Shown one piece after another: positions 1 to 10,170 of a stretch of DNA of 64,000 nt. Under the pieces are notes generated by a model that saw only the letters and a list, made by a program, of their open reading frames with translations, was not told the DNA's origin and searched no databases. The DNA is from an uncultured Anaeroplasmataceae bacterium (GTDB lineage Bacteria > Bacillota_I > Bacilli_A > Acholeplasmatales > Anaeroplasmataceae), in contig CAYTVE010000003.1 in the NCBI GenBank assembly GCA_964441815.1, positions 323-64,322 on the forward strand, given 5' to 3'. The translations under genes were made by a program, and so were the position numbers. Numbering within the stretch: position 1 is the stretch's first letter; every line of letters begins with the position of its first letter.

Positions 1-64
1 CTTTCATCTCTTACTTTTCTCCTTTTTTCTTTTAAAGCATGAATTTTATATATTAAAGGTAATT

Positions 65-967
65 TTAACCCTTAATACCACTCTTAGATACACCCTTCAT
101 AATATATTTTCTAAAGAATATAAAAATAATAATCAATGGCAATGACACCATAACAACACCAGCCATTTTCATAGGGTAATTAGTCATATTCAATTCTTGG
201 TCAACAAAACTATTAGTTAACCAGTTAGATATTAATTGATATTTCTTATCATCATTAACCAATCTAGGCCAAATATATGAATTCCAAGCACCCATTACTT
301 TTAAAATAGCAATAGATGTAATTGTTGGACTTGCAAGTGGTATCATAACCTTTAGTAAATATTTCATATCGCTAGTTCCATCAACTTTTGCAGCATAATA
401 TAAAGAATCTGGAATTTGTTTAAAAGCATTTCTAAGTAAATAAATATAAAATACAGAAACTAAAAATGGAACAATTAATACTGTATATGAATTTGTCCAA
501 TTTAAAGATGATACCGTAGCATAATTTGATATTGTAAATAATTCACCAGGAACCATCATTGTAGCAAGTAAAACAGTAAATACTAGGTCTTTACCTTTAA
601 ATTCAAGTCTTGCAAAAGCAAATGCTGCTAGAATTATAATAACCATAGATAATCCAGTAGAAACAATTGCTACTATAACAGTATTTAACATATTTCTTGC
701 AAAATTATTAACTGCAGCAGCATTTATATAATTATCCCAAATAAATTCTTTTGGAAAATACGTTGGTGTTAATAACATATATTCATCCATTGATTTAAAA
801 GATGTATTTAACATCCAATAAAATGGAAATAATGTAGAAAATGCAACTAATACCAAGAAAATATATATAAATACTTTAAATACAATTTTAAGTGTGTTCT
901 GACGCTTAATTGCTAGTTGTACCTTTTCATCAGAGTCGAACATTTGTTTGTTTAAAGTGTTTTCCAT
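65..967 (-). CDS. carbohydrate ABC transporter permease (MalG/UgpE type)
   Basis: 300-aa multi-TM ORF with the EAA-type loop 'YAAKVDGTSDMKYLLKVMIPLASP'. It is the last of three co-oriented ABC importer genes. Confidence 0.85.
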   Translation of the reverse strand: MENTLNKQMFDSDEKVQLAIKRQNTLKIVFKVFIYIFLVLVAFSTLFPFYWMLNTSFKSMDEYMLLTPTYFPKEFIWDNYINAAAVNNFARNMLNTVIVAIVSTGLSMVIIILAAFAFARLEFKGKDLVFTVLLATMMVPGELFTISNYATVSSLNWTNSYTVLIVPFLVSVFYIYLLRNAFKQIPDSLYYAAKVDGTSDMKYLLKVMIPLASPTITSIAILKVMGAWNSYIWPRLVNDDKKYQLISNWLTNSFVDQELNMTNYPMKMAGVVMVSLPLIIIFIFFRKYIMKGVSKSGIKG

Positions 968-982
968 TACCCTTCCCCCTAA

Positions 983-1918
983 CTAAAAGTGTACTCTCTT
1001 TTTATTAATACGGAATTGTACTAATGTCAATAATAAAATAATGACAAATAATACTAAAGCCATTGCTGAAGCTCTACCATAATCAGCTTTTTCAATAAAA
1101 TCATAGATTCTCGCAACAACAGTGTTCATGCGACCTTTATCGCCTGCTGGACCCATATCTGTACCAAATACACCAACTACAGAAGAATATTCTTTAAAAG
1201 CACCAATAAATCCCGTAACAGCTAAATAAGAAATCATTGGCGAAAGCAAAGGAACTGTTATTTTCGTCAATACTCTCCATTTAGGTGTTCCATCAACTTT
1301 TGCAGCGTCATAATATTGTTTATTTACTGATTGTAATGCGCCAGATAAAATTAAGATTTTAAATGGTAATGCATTCCAAACAATATAAATAACTAACACA
1401 GCTATATTAGCTGCATAAGAAGAACCTACACCAATCCAGTTTACTGGGGCAATTCCGAACCACCCTAAGGCGGTATTTATAATACCCTGTGCTGTGTTTG
1501 CACCTTCAGCAGAAGATTGGAACATTAATGCAAATACTGAACCAATTGCCAAAGAGTTAGTAACATAAGGCAAGAAATAAATTGTTTGAAATGCCTTTTG
1601 TAATGGCTTAATGCTATTCAACGCAACCGCAATTAACAATGCAATAATAATTGAAAGTGGAACTGTAAATACAACTAAAATAGTAGTATTACCCAAAGCT
1701 GATAAGAATTTTTTACAAGAAGCACCACCATCAAATAGTTTCTTATAATTTTCAATACCAACTTGAAAGTGAACACCTGATACTGCATCTAATCCGTTAT
1801 AATCATTAATAAATGAATAAACGATAGTAGAAATCAACGGATAAAATGTAAAAATCACCATTAGAACTAATGTAGGTGCTAAAAATGCCCAGGCTTTTTT
1901 GGTATTTAAACCTTCCAT
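983..1918 (-). CDS. carbohydrate ABC transporter permease (MalF/UgpA type)
   Basis: 311-aa multi-TM ORF with the EAA loop 'YDAAKVDGTPKWRVLTKITVPLLSP'. It lies 12-15 nt from both neighbouring genes. Confidence 0.85.
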   Translation of the reverse strand: MEGLNTKKAWAFLAPTLVLMVIFTFYPLISTIVYSFINDYNGLDAVSGVHFQVGIENYKKLFDGGASCKKFLSALGNTTILVVFTVPLSIIIALLIAVALNSIKPLQKAFQTIYFLPYVTNSLAIGSVFALMFQSSAEGANTAQGIINTALGWFGIAPVNWIGVGSSYAANIAVLVIYIVWNALPFKILILSGALQSVNKQYYDAAKVDGTPKWRVLTKITVPLLSPMISYLAVTGFIGAFKEYSSVVGVFGTDMGPAGDKGRMNTVVARIYDFIEKADYGRASAMALVLFVIILLLTLVQFRINKKRVHF

Positions 1919-1930
1919 TTAAATCACCTC

Positions 1931-3067
1931 TTATTCTTCAACTGAGGTATCACTAACAACCTCTTCAACTTGTTCTTCATTTTGTTTTACATAAGGTTCT
2001 TTACCTAATCTTACTTCTGTTTCACGATTAAATAAGAACACTTTATTTGGTTTTAAGTTAAATTTAATTTCACCTGAAGCAGGAATTGAAGTATTTACTT
2101 CAACAATAGCACGAAGTGTTGGTTTTTCGCAAGCATTATGTGTTGCAACAACAGAAACATCTCTACCCATAACTTCTAATTGTTCAACATGACATGTAAA
2201 TACACCTTTTTTATCTACCACAAATCCTTCTGGTCTAATACCAACATAAACTTCTTGGTCTTCATATTCAGTTTCCATAATAACTTCTTCACCAATATAT
2301 ACTTTATGGTTTTTGATTTCTCCTAAGAAAGTATTAATTGGAGGAGTCCCTAAGAATTTAGCAACAAATAGATTTACTGGATCATCGTAAACTGTTTGTG
2401 GAACATCTACTTGTTGAACAACTCCTTCCTTCATAACAACGATAAAATCAGAAATGCTCATCGCTTCTTCTTGGTCGTGTGTTACGAAAATTGTAGTTAC
2501 TCCAGTTTCTCTTTGAATTCTCTTAATTTCTTCTCTAGTTTGTAATCTTAAACGAGCATCAAGATTTGATAATGGCTCATCTAATAAAAGAACATTAGGA
2601 TTTTTAACAAGAGCTCTCGCTATAGCAACTCTTTGTTGTTGTCCACCAGATAGTTCTGATGGTTTTCTATCTAATAATTGATCGATTTGAACAAGTTTTG
2701 CAACCTCAATCGCTCTTTCATTAGCAGCATTCTTACTAACTTTTTGATTAGTTAGTGGGAAAGTAATGTTCTTTAATACTGTCATATGAGGATATAGTGC
2801 ATAATTTTGGAACACTAAACCAATACCTCTTTTTTCAGCAGCCAAATGTGTAACTTCAGCATCACCAAAGAATATTTGACCAGAAGTAGGAACTTGTAAA
2901 CCACTAATCATGAATAAAGTAGTAGACTTACCACAGCCTGATGGCCCTAATAAACCAACTAATTTACCATCTGGAATTTCGATATCTAGATTATCAACAG
3001 CTCTAACCTCTGATTGTGTCTTCTTATTTACAAAGACTTTAGTTAAATTCTTAAGTACAATCTTCAT
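1931..3067 (-). CDS. sugar ABC transporter ATP-binding protein (MsmX/MalK/UgpC type)
   Basis: Walker A 'GPSGCGKST', signature 'LSGGQQQRVAIARAL', Walker B 'LLLDEPLSNLD', and a C-terminal MalK-like regulatory domain. The start is trimmed to ATG 3067 ('MKIVLKNLTKVF'), preceded by AAGGGG. The 52-codon extension in the ORF track has no homology-like content. Confidence 0.9.
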   Translation of the reverse strand: MKIVLKNLTKVFVNKKTQSEVRAVDNLDIEIPDGKLVGLLGPSGCGKSTTLFMISGLQVPTSGQIFFGDAEVTHLAAEKRGIGLVFQNYALYPHMTVLKNITFPLTNQKVSKNAANERAIEVAKLVQIDQLLDRKPSELSGGQQQRVAIARALVKNPNVLLLDEPLSNLDARLRLQTREEIKRIQRETGVTTIFVTHDQEEAMSISDFIVVMKEGVVQQVDVPQTVYDDPVNLFVAKFLGTPPINTFLGEIKNHKVYIGEEVIMETEYEDQEVYVGIRPEGFVVDKKGVFTCHVEQLEVMGRDVSVVATHNACEKPTLRAIVEVNTSIPASGEIKFNLKPNKVFLFNRETEVRLGKEPYVKQNEEQVEEVVSDTSVEE

Positions 3068-3330
3068 TTTTAAACCCCTTATTAATTTTTTTCTTAAAAA
3101 GAATTTTAAATTCAAAAAGTTTTTCAATACCATAAAAGTAGATAAAAACAAAAAATTCTCTTTATATAATTGTATCATATGAAACGAAAAAAGAAAATAG
3201 AAAAAAGTATTTTTAAGGAGCATTTTTTGTATTTTTTTATTTTTTTGATAAAAATCTATATTTTTTGTTTAACTTGCTTTACAATGTAAAAAAAAGAGGG
3301 CTTAAATCAAAACCTTCTTTAATATTTATA

Positions 3331-4713
3331 TTAAAAATCGCAATTTTTAGGTGTTCTAGGAAATGGTAATACATCTCTAATATTATCAACACCTGTTAAA
3401 TACATAACAAGTCTTTCAAATCCCATACCAAAACCAGAATGAACACATCCGCCATATCTTCTTGTATCTAAATACCAGTCAATTTCTTTAGAATCAATCT
3501 TTAATTCGTCCATACGAGATAATAATCTATCAAGATTTTCTTCTCTTTGAGAACCACCCATCAATTCTCCTGCTTGAGGAACAACCAAATCTACAGCAGC
3601 AACTGTTTTACCATCTTCGTTAAGTTTCATATAATAAGCTTTTATATCTTTAGGCCAATCTTTAATAAATACTGGACCATTAAAATATTCTGTAATATAT
3701 TTTTCATGTTCTTTAGCTATATCATCATCATAACTTGGCAAAAATTCCCATTTCACATTAGCTTTTTTTAATATATCTATAACTTCTTTATGAGAAATTC
3801 TTACAAACTTCGAAGCCAATAAATCAGTTAATTTTTGTTTTAATCCTTTTGCTACAAATTGATCACAAAATTGTATTTCAAGAGGACATTCATTTAAAAC
3901 ATAATTAACAACATATTTCAACATTTCTTCTTCAATATCCATTAATCCTTCTAAATCACAAAAAGCCATTTCAGGTTCAATCATCCAAAATTCATTTGCA
4001 TGAGTTTTTGTATTAGAATTTTCAGTTCTGAAAGTAGGTCCAAATGTATAAATATCACTAAATGCCATAGCAAAAGTTTCACCATGTAATTGTCCAGATC
4101 CTGTAATAAACGCTTGTTTACCAAATAAATCTTTAGAAAAATCAACTTTATCATCTTTGTATGGCAAATTATTTACATTCAAAGTAGATATTTTAAACAT
4201 TTGGTCAGAACCTTCACAGTCAGCACAAGTTATAAGTGGTGTATGTACATATAAATAGCCATTCTCTTGAAAATATTTATGAATTGCCATCGCTGCAACA
4301 CTTCTAATTCTAAAAACTGCACTAAATAGATTTGTTCTAGGTCTTAAATGTGCAACTTCTCTTAAAAATTCTCTGGTGTGTCTTTTTGGTTGAATAGGAT
4401 AATCCTCAGGGCAATCACCAAGCATTTCTACACTTTCAGCATGTAATTCTAAAGGCTGCTTGTTTTGTGGAGTTAAAATAACTTTACCTACAATTTTAAC
4501 AGACATTCCTACTCTGAATTTAGAAATAGCTTCAAAATTACTAAGTTTTTCATCATATACAACTTGTAAATTATCAAAATATGTTCCATCATTAATATTT
4601 AAAAATCCAAATTGTGCTTGAGCTCTATTAGTTCTAACCCAACCCATGATTGTAACACTCTTGTTTTCAAAATCTTCTTTTTTTGTAAATAATTGTTTTA
4701 ATTTTGTTCTCAT
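3331..4713 (-). CDS. asnS: asparagine--tRNA ligase
   Basis: Class IIb aaRS with an N-terminal OB fold ('VTIMGWVRTNR'). Class II motifs include 'FRTENSNTKTHANEFWMIEPE' and 'GFGMGFERLVMYLTG'. The start is ATG 4713, preceded by GAGGAGGA. Confidence 0.95.
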   Translation of the reverse strand: MRTKLKQLFTKKEDFENKSVTIMGWVRTNRAQAQFGFLNINDGTYFDNLQVVYDEKLSNFEAISKFRVGMSVKIVGKVILTPQNKQPLELHAESVEMLGDCPEDYPIQPKRHTREFLREVAHLRPRTNLFSAVFRIRSVAAMAIHKYFQENGYLYVHTPLITCADCEGSDQMFKISTLNVNNLPYKDDKVDFSKDLFGKQAFITGSGQLHGETFAMAFSDIYTFGPTFRTENSNTKTHANEFWMIEPEMAFCDLEGLMDIEEEMLKYVVNYVLNECPLEIQFCDQFVAKGLKQKLTDLLASKFVRISHKEVIDILKKANVKWEFLPSYDDDIAKEHEKYITEYFNGPVFIKDWPKDIKAYYMKLNEDGKTVAAVDLVVPQAGELMGGSQREENLDRLLSRMDELKIDSKEIDWYLDTRRYGGCVHSGFGMGFERLVMYLTGVDNIRDVLPFPRTPKNCDF

Positions 4714-4966
4714 AAAAATCCTCCTCAATAAAATAAAAATCCTTAAGTTTTCACTTAAGGACGAATTTTTCCGCGGTACCACCTTAATTTTATAGATAAA
4801 TCTATAACACTCAATACCCTTAACGCAGGATCTACGAATGGTTCTACTTAATTTCTTCCATTTCTCAAAGGTGTTCCATTATTTTTTTTGTTATCTATTT
4901 TCACCAACCATAGACTCTCTTAAAACAATATAAAATAAATAGTCCTTATCACAGATTTAATATACA
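4714..4966 (-). promoter_or_regulatory. T-box leader (tRNA-sensing transcription attenuator) of asnS, with its promoter
   Basis: Minus strand reads AATTAAGGTGGTACCGCGG (4789-4771), the conserved T-box. It is followed by the terminator hairpin CCTTAAGT-GAAA-ACTTAAGG plus a U-run (4760-4730), whose 5' arm can instead pair with the TTAAGG of the T-box to form the antiterminator. Upstream lie AGAGAG and GGTTGGTGAAAA (stem I motifs). A sigma-A-like promoter is TTGACT (5000-4995), 16 nt, TAAAAT (4978-4973). Confidence 0.8.
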
Positions 4967-5082
4967 CATATTATTTTATAACAAATATAAAAAAAGTCAA
5001 TTTTATTTTACAAACTTAACGCTTTTATAGCTAAAAAATATTTCAAATATTATATTTTTGAAAAAGAAAACCATAAAATCTT

Positions 5083-7224
5083 TTATTTAATTAAATAATA
5101 AAATAAACTTTTTTGAGTTAATTCCATCCATAAATAGCCTATAAAATAAATCGTAATAATCAAGCCAAAAGAAACAAAATTAAACGACCATGTTTTATAT
5201 ATCAAAAGAACCATTGTTGGTACCAGTAAAACAGAAACAACTATAGCTATTATCAAAGAAAGCATTGAGATAGTAGTCATTCTGTTAACAAATTCTTTCT
5301 TTAATGCCAATTTTCTACAGGAATTTACTAGTAATAATATTGCTTTTCTTTTTAGTAAAATTGGAACAAATGAAATCAATAATAAGAATACCGCCAGTAT
5401 TACTGCTGTAGCTATTACACAAATTTCTAATGTTGGAACTATAAATTCTCTAATTTCTAATTTTTCCTTAATTTTATGATAATTATAACCTACTAAAGTT
5501 AAATTGTCTGCAAATATATCGTCAAAGCTATTTCTACTGGTCTTTGCCTGGACTAAAAATTCTTCAAAATCCATTTTTATATTAGATTCATTAATAATAC
5601 TTTGAAAATTGTCATCTAAAAAACAAATAAATTCTTCATTTGTTTCAACATATCCTGCAACTTCAAATTCAACCATTAAATCGGGATATATTTCATAATT
5701 TGAAGGCTTATAACCATTAAATATATCAACAAGTCTATATAATTTTACTCGTTTTTCCCAAAACGAAGTTGAAACAATAATTTTACTAGAATTATTTGAT
5801 AAATGCTTATTATATATAATTTCATAAGTTTGAAGTTGATTATAATCCTTTGGATTTAAGCTTTCAATAATAGTCTTATACATTTTCTTATAAGCGTTAT
5901 AACTAAGATAAATATGTGAATTTTCTATATCTCTACACCTTACATCAATCTCAGAACATCCTTGATACAAAAAAAGTCTAAAAGTACCTATAAATGAATC
6001 TAATTCAAATTCTTCTTTGCTATTAAGAATAGTATCAATATAGTTATCTATATTCTTTTTATTAACCTTTACCATATTTTCTATTTTAGTAAATTTTGAA
6101 GTAGGTTCTATTTTAACTATTTTAAAGGTAGTGTTCTTAAAATAAAAACGTCCTTTTCTAATTAAAGAAAATTCTTCAAATAAATCGTATAAATCCTTTG
6201 TTATAACAATTTCATCATCGGATAGATTATATTTTAAAGAAGAATAATGAACAAATAAATTTTTTGGCACCTTTACTGCCAGTTCTAAATTTTTAAATTT
6301 AATGATATCCTCTCTTTTAATTTGCTCTTCATCAAGAAAAAAAGCTATATCAGCATTTTTTACAGGTTGTGTATTATAACTACTTTTATCTATTTTAGTA
6401 TATTCTTCTTTTTTCAAATACTCATTTTCTAAAAGTAAATAACTTGAAGTTTCATTAAAATTATATGAATTATAAATTAAATCATTTTCTTTTACTAAGT
6501 AAAGAGAGCATAATAAACTAAACAATATTAAAACAAAAATACCTACAATTCTAAATAAAATAACATATCCACCTAACGCCTTTTTTAATAATTTCTTGTT
6601 AGTATAAAAATCACACTCTAAATCAACCTTTTCTAAGCTATCAGTGTTGACTTTAGTAGTAATTCTATTATTTTTAATAGTAATAATAGAATCACAATCC
6701 TGTAAATCGCTAGACTGGTTGGTTGAAAAAATAATAATTCTAGTCTTAGAAATTTTTTTTAATATATTCAAAAGAATCATTCTATTATTTTCATCTAAAT
6801 TAGCTGTGGGCTCATCAAGTAAAATAACTTCACTTTTTAATAGTAACGCTCTTGCTACTGCAAGCCTTACCTTTTCACCCATAGATAATGTCTTAGCATT
6901 TTGATTTTTAACTTCAGTAAGATAAAAATCATCTATATTTTTTTCTATTTGTTCATCTTCATCACAAACTATTTTAAGATTTTCCCATACTGTTAATCTA
7001 TTAAAAACTAAATTCTTAACATCAACATAACAAGTCGAAAAACTATTTTCTACTTTACCTGATGTTGCTCTTTCCTTAAAATGTAACATTTTTAATAAAG
7101 TAGTTTTTCCACTACCATTAGATCCTGAAATCGCATATAGTCCTACATTCACTATTTCAATAGAAACATCCTCAAAAAGCTTTTTATTTTTAAAAACTTT
7201 ACATACATTATTTAATTTTATCAT
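5083..7224 (-). CDS. MacB-type fused ABC protein (N-terminal ATPase + FtsX-like 4-TM domain with large extracytoplasmic domain), degenerate ATPase motifs
   Basis: Walker A 'GSNGSGKTT', signature-like 'LSMGEKVRLAVARAL', Walker B 'ILLDEPTANLD'. The H-loop position reads 'FSTNQ' (no His) and no Q-loop Gln is evident. Topology is TM1 (~aa 225-250), a ~360-aa Asn/Tyr/Ile-rich loop, then 3 C-terminal TMs. The start is ambiguous: ATG 7224 ('MIKLNNV') or TTG 7248. Confidence 0.7.
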   Translation of the reverse strand: MIKLNNVCKVFKNKKLFEDVSIEIVNVGLYAISGSNGSGKTTLLKMLHFKERATSGKVENSFSTCYVDVKNLVFNRLTVWENLKIVCDEDEQIEKNIDDFYLTEVKNQNAKTLSMGEKVRLAVARALLLKSEVILLDEPTANLDENNRMILLNILKKISKTRIIIFSTNQSSDLQDCDSIITIKNNRITTKVNTDSLEKVDLECDFYTNKKLLKKALGGYVILFRIVGIFVLILFSLLCSLYLVKENDLIYNSYNFNETSSYLLLENEYLKKEEYTKIDKSSYNTQPVKNADIAFFLDEEQIKREDIIKFKNLELAVKVPKNLFVHYSSLKYNLSDDEIVITKDLYDLFEEFSLIRKGRFYFKNTTFKIVKIEPTSKFTKIENMVKVNKKNIDNYIDTILNSKEEFELDSFIGTFRLFLYQGCSEIDVRCRDIENSHIYLSYNAYKKMYKTIIESLNPKDYNQLQTYEIIYNKHLSNNSSKIIVSTSFWEKRVKLYRLVDIFNGYKPSNYEIYPDLMVEFEVAGYVETNEEFICFLDDNFQSIINESNIKMDFEEFLVQAKTSRNSFDDIFADNLTLVGYNYHKIKEKLEIREFIVPTLEICVIATAVILAVFLLLISFVPILLKRKAILLLVNSCRKLALKKEFVNRMTTISMLSLIIAIVVSVLLVPTMVLLIYKTWSFNFVSFGLIITIYFIGYLWMELTQKSLFYYLIK

Positions 7225-7228
7225 TATA

Positions 7229-9418
7229 TCAATCCATTCTATTTTCAATTATAAAAGACATTCCACTAACTATCAAAAGTACTATAAAACAAATAATATA
7301 TGGTTTCCATTCAATAGAATAAAAATAATTCCAATTCATATTATATCCAATTACTACTATAAAAAGACCTATAATTATTCCTAAAATACAAAAGAAAATA
7401 GGTAAAAGAATGTTTTTATAAAACATATACTTTTTTCTTGCTTCAAGTGGATACATTTTATATTTCATTATAATACTTACTTGCTTTAATTCCTTTCTAT
7501 TATACGAATTATAACAGAAAAATCCAAAAACAAATAATAACAGAAGAAATATAGATATTATAAAATATATCCTTTTTGAAGCTGTAAAAGTACTCATAGA
7601 AGATATTGAGTATAGTTTTGAAAATAATACTTTATTTTCTCCAGTAACAATATCATTAGCTATAGATAAAGAATTCTTTTTTAAATCAATAATATTATTA
7701 ATTGGCTTCATATCTTTATAAAAATCATACTCTAATTCCTTATATATTTCAAAAAATTCATTATATGTTACCTCTATTTCAAAAAAATCATTTGAAATAC
7801 TTTTTGGATAAAATATGGGAATTGTAGGAGCAATATTTGAATGATAATTATATTTATAATTTTTATTATATTCTTTTCCGTTATATAACAAAGTTATATC
7901 GTTACTTATTTCATTATAACCAAATTCTTCTAATGCTATGTTTCCATGATTCCAAACATTACATTCTTCATCATTAAATTCAATAATACCTGTTTGTTGC
8001 TTTGCTTGAACATATGTGGTTACAAAACAATTATAAATATCTCCATTAGGTGTTTTAATATCAACTTGAAGATTTAAAAATCTTGATAATAATTTAATAA
8101 ATGTATTCTTATTCATAATTACAATTTTTGAATACTTAATTGCATCATCATAACTCATATATTCTCTTAATACATCAAATAATTCTTTTCTATTATAGGT
8201 TTCACAAATTTTAAAATCTATATCACGAATATTACTATATATTATATTAAATACATTATCTTTTTTAAATTTAATACTTTCTCTTTTTTTGCTAATATTA
8301 ATTATTCCCTCACCATAATACATATGTCCATTTTCATCATAGTTTGATTCTATATTATTAAATTCATCAGGGACAATTACTTCCATATCTTTAATTTTAA
8401 TTTTTTTACCATTTAATTCTATTTCATCTATAACTATAAAATCTGTAAAAGTAAAATTAGGTTCACGATAACAATTATAATAATCTTTGGTATTTTCGTA
8501 ATAATTACATAAAAATTCTAAATCATAAAAAGGTATTTCAACATTTTCAAAATATTCTTCTAAATCACTTTTTTCTGTTATATCAATACCTAACCCTAAA
8601 CCATCTTGCTTAATAATTTTGTTAATATAGCTTTCACTATATGAACTTGTTGAAATACTTAAAGCAATAACAAATATAACCATTAGAAAAATAATAAAAA
8701 AAGTAAAAACACTTTTTAAAATTATATTTTGATATTGTTTTATTTTAAGAAAATTTAATCTATATTTACTTAAACTATTTTTATAATTAATTAATGTAGA
8801 AGATAATTTAAAATTATTATCTATACTTAAATCTAGAGTTTTATCGCAAAAATTCCTGATTTCTTCAATTTGATGGGATATTAAAACAACTAAAGTGGAT
8901 TTAGATAATTGTTTTAAATCTTCAAGAGCTAATTGTTTCGTTTCATTATCTAAATTACAAAGCAATTCATCTAATAAATTTATTTTTCTTTTATTTATAA
9001 ATGTAATTACTAAGGATACCCTTTGATGTTCCCCTAAGGATAATTTTTTCATTTTTTGTTTCATTAGTGTATTTAAATTATATCTACCAATATAATAATC
9101 TAATAATGATGTGTCAAAAATAGATGATAATATATTTTCCTCTACTGTATTTTCCTCAAAACAATTATATTCTTGTGGTATATAATTAATATTTTCTTGA
9201 AAGAAATCAATAGAACAATCATTGATGCTATTATTATTAAAATAAATGTTTCCACTGTAATTATCATTAAAGCCAGCAATAATTTGAAATAGGCTTGATT
9301 TTCCACAACCACTTTTTCCATATATTCCTATTAAACCTATTGATGGTAATTCTATATTTAAATTTTTAGTTATTCTTTTTTCATTATAATTTATTGATAA
9401 ATCATTTATTTTTATCAT
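7229..9418 (-). CDS. MacB-type fused ABC protein (N-terminal ATPase + FtsX-like 4-TM domain with large extracytoplasmic domain)
   Basis: Walker A 'GKSGCGKSS', Q-loop 'IPQE', signature-like 'LSLGEHQRVSL', Walker B 'INLLDELLCNLD', H-loop 'ISHQ'. Topology is TM1 (~aa 230-255), a ~360-aa loop, then 3 C-terminal TMs. RBS AGGTGA lies 6 nt before ATG 9418. Confidence 0.7.
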   Translation of the reverse strand: MIKINDLSINYNEKRITKNLNIELPSIGLIGIYGKSGCGKSSLFQIIAGFNDNYSGNIYFNNNSINDCSIDFFQENINYIPQEYNCFEENTVEENILSSIFDTSLLDYYIGRYNLNTLMKQKMKKLSLGEHQRVSLVITFINKRKINLLDELLCNLDNETKQLALEDLKQLSKSTLVVLISHQIEEIRNFCDKTLDLSIDNNFKLSSTLINYKNSLSKYRLNFLKIKQYQNIILKSVFTFFIIFLMVIFVIALSISTSSYSESYINKIIKQDGLGLGIDITEKSDLEEYFENVEIPFYDLEFLCNYYENTKDYYNCYREPNFTFTDFIVIDEIELNGKKIKIKDMEVIVPDEFNNIESNYDENGHMYYGEGIINISKKRESIKFKKDNVFNIIYSNIRDIDFKICETYNRKELFDVLREYMSYDDAIKYSKIVIMNKNTFIKLLSRFLNLQVDIKTPNGDIYNCFVTTYVQAKQQTGIIEFNDEECNVWNHGNIALEEFGYNEISNDITLLYNGKEYNKNYKYNYHSNIAPTIPIFYPKSISNDFFEIEVTYNEFFEIYKELEYDFYKDMKPINNIIDLKKNSLSIANDIVTGENKVLFSKLYSISSMSTFTASKRIYFIISIFLLLLFVFGFFCYNSYNRKELKQVSIIMKYKMYPLEARKKYMFYKNILLPIFFCILGIIIGLFIVVIGYNMNWNYFYSIEWKPYIICFIVLLIVSGMSFIIENRMD

Positions 9419-9444
9419 AATAAATCACCTGCCATATAATATTA

Positions 9445-10170
9445 TTAATCGTAAGAAAAATAATAACAATTGTCATCAACTACATCATCATAAATATATT
9501 TATTACTTTCAGCTTTATATCTTTTTAAAGATATATAATGATTAGGATTAGCATCAAAAATATAATAACAATCTTGAAGCCAACATTTTGATGGTGAATT
9601 ATATGTATATTCAACAACATAATACACTATACATTTTGTTCTTCTTTCTAAACGATAAAACTTTTTTTCAGTAGGATTTGAAACGGTCATTTGCACTGTT
9701 TCTGAAGTTTCAATTTTTGTTGATTCTGAAATAGCGTAAGAACTTCCGAATATTGTTGATAAAGTCGCTGAAGCGCCAGTTTTACTAATACCATTAATTC
9801 CTGTTTCAGTAGAAAAAGTTGATGTCACAGAAGTTGTCATAGTGTTTGTAATAATATTTTCTAGAGTCGATGTTTTAGTAAAAGTATTAGTTATGGATAG
9901 TGTTTCATTTGGACCAACTTCATAATATATTCCTTTTCCGCTATCTAAAAGCATATCCACAACAACATTATATTTATACAATCTCTTTTTTAAACAATAT
10001 TTACTATCATACGTTTCAGTAACATAAGATAGTTTACCTAAAATAGATGACGTTCTAATAGTAATAACATCTTCTGTTTGATAATTTTCATTTACATCTG
10101 GTATAATTTCAAAAGCAAACACTTTTGGTGAAAAAATAAAGAAACAAAAACAAAATACAAAAGAAAACAA
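9445..10170 (-). CDS. secreted Ser/Thr-rich protein with an amphipathic beta-hairpin segment (possible aerolysin/ETX-MTX2-like fold)
   Basis: Hydrophobic N-terminus ending 'KVFA|FE'. A long alternating polar/hydrophobic Ser/Thr-rich stretch, and a Cys/Tyr-rich C-terminus. The track start is TTG 10170. An in-frame CTG at 10188, preceded by AAGAG, would add a 'KKIIF' n-region. Confidence 0.6.
   Translation of the reverse strand: MFSFVFCFCFFIFSPKVFAFEIIPDVNENYQTEDVITIRTSSILGKLSYVTETYDSKYCLKKRLYKYNVVVDMLLDSGKGIYYEVGPNETLSITNTFTKTSTLENIITNTMTTSVTSTFSTETGINGISKTGASATLSTIFGSSYAISESTKIETSETVQMTVSNPTEKKFYRLERRTKCIVYYVVEYTYNSPSKCWLQDCYYIFDANPNHYISLKRYKAESNKYIYDDVVDDNCYYFSYD

Noticed and set aside
1-30. 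Start of a further minus-strand gene (ATG at 7-5, preceded by AAGGAG) continuing off the left edge, possibly another component of the sugar importer operon.
   Set aside because: Only two codons lie inside the window and the SD spacing (11 nt) is marginal. The call cannot be supported.
3068-3223. N-terminal extensions in the ORF track: 3068-3223, 4714-4782, 20018-20080, 33357-33428, 33839-33898, 51492-51524, 54206-54226, 54903-54947.
   Set aside because: The extensions lack homology-like sequence, often begin at TTG/GTG, and overlap upstream genes or regulatory RNA (the 4714-4782 one covers the T-box terminator). Internal ATGs with proper Shine-Dalgarno sequences coincide with the conserved N-termini.
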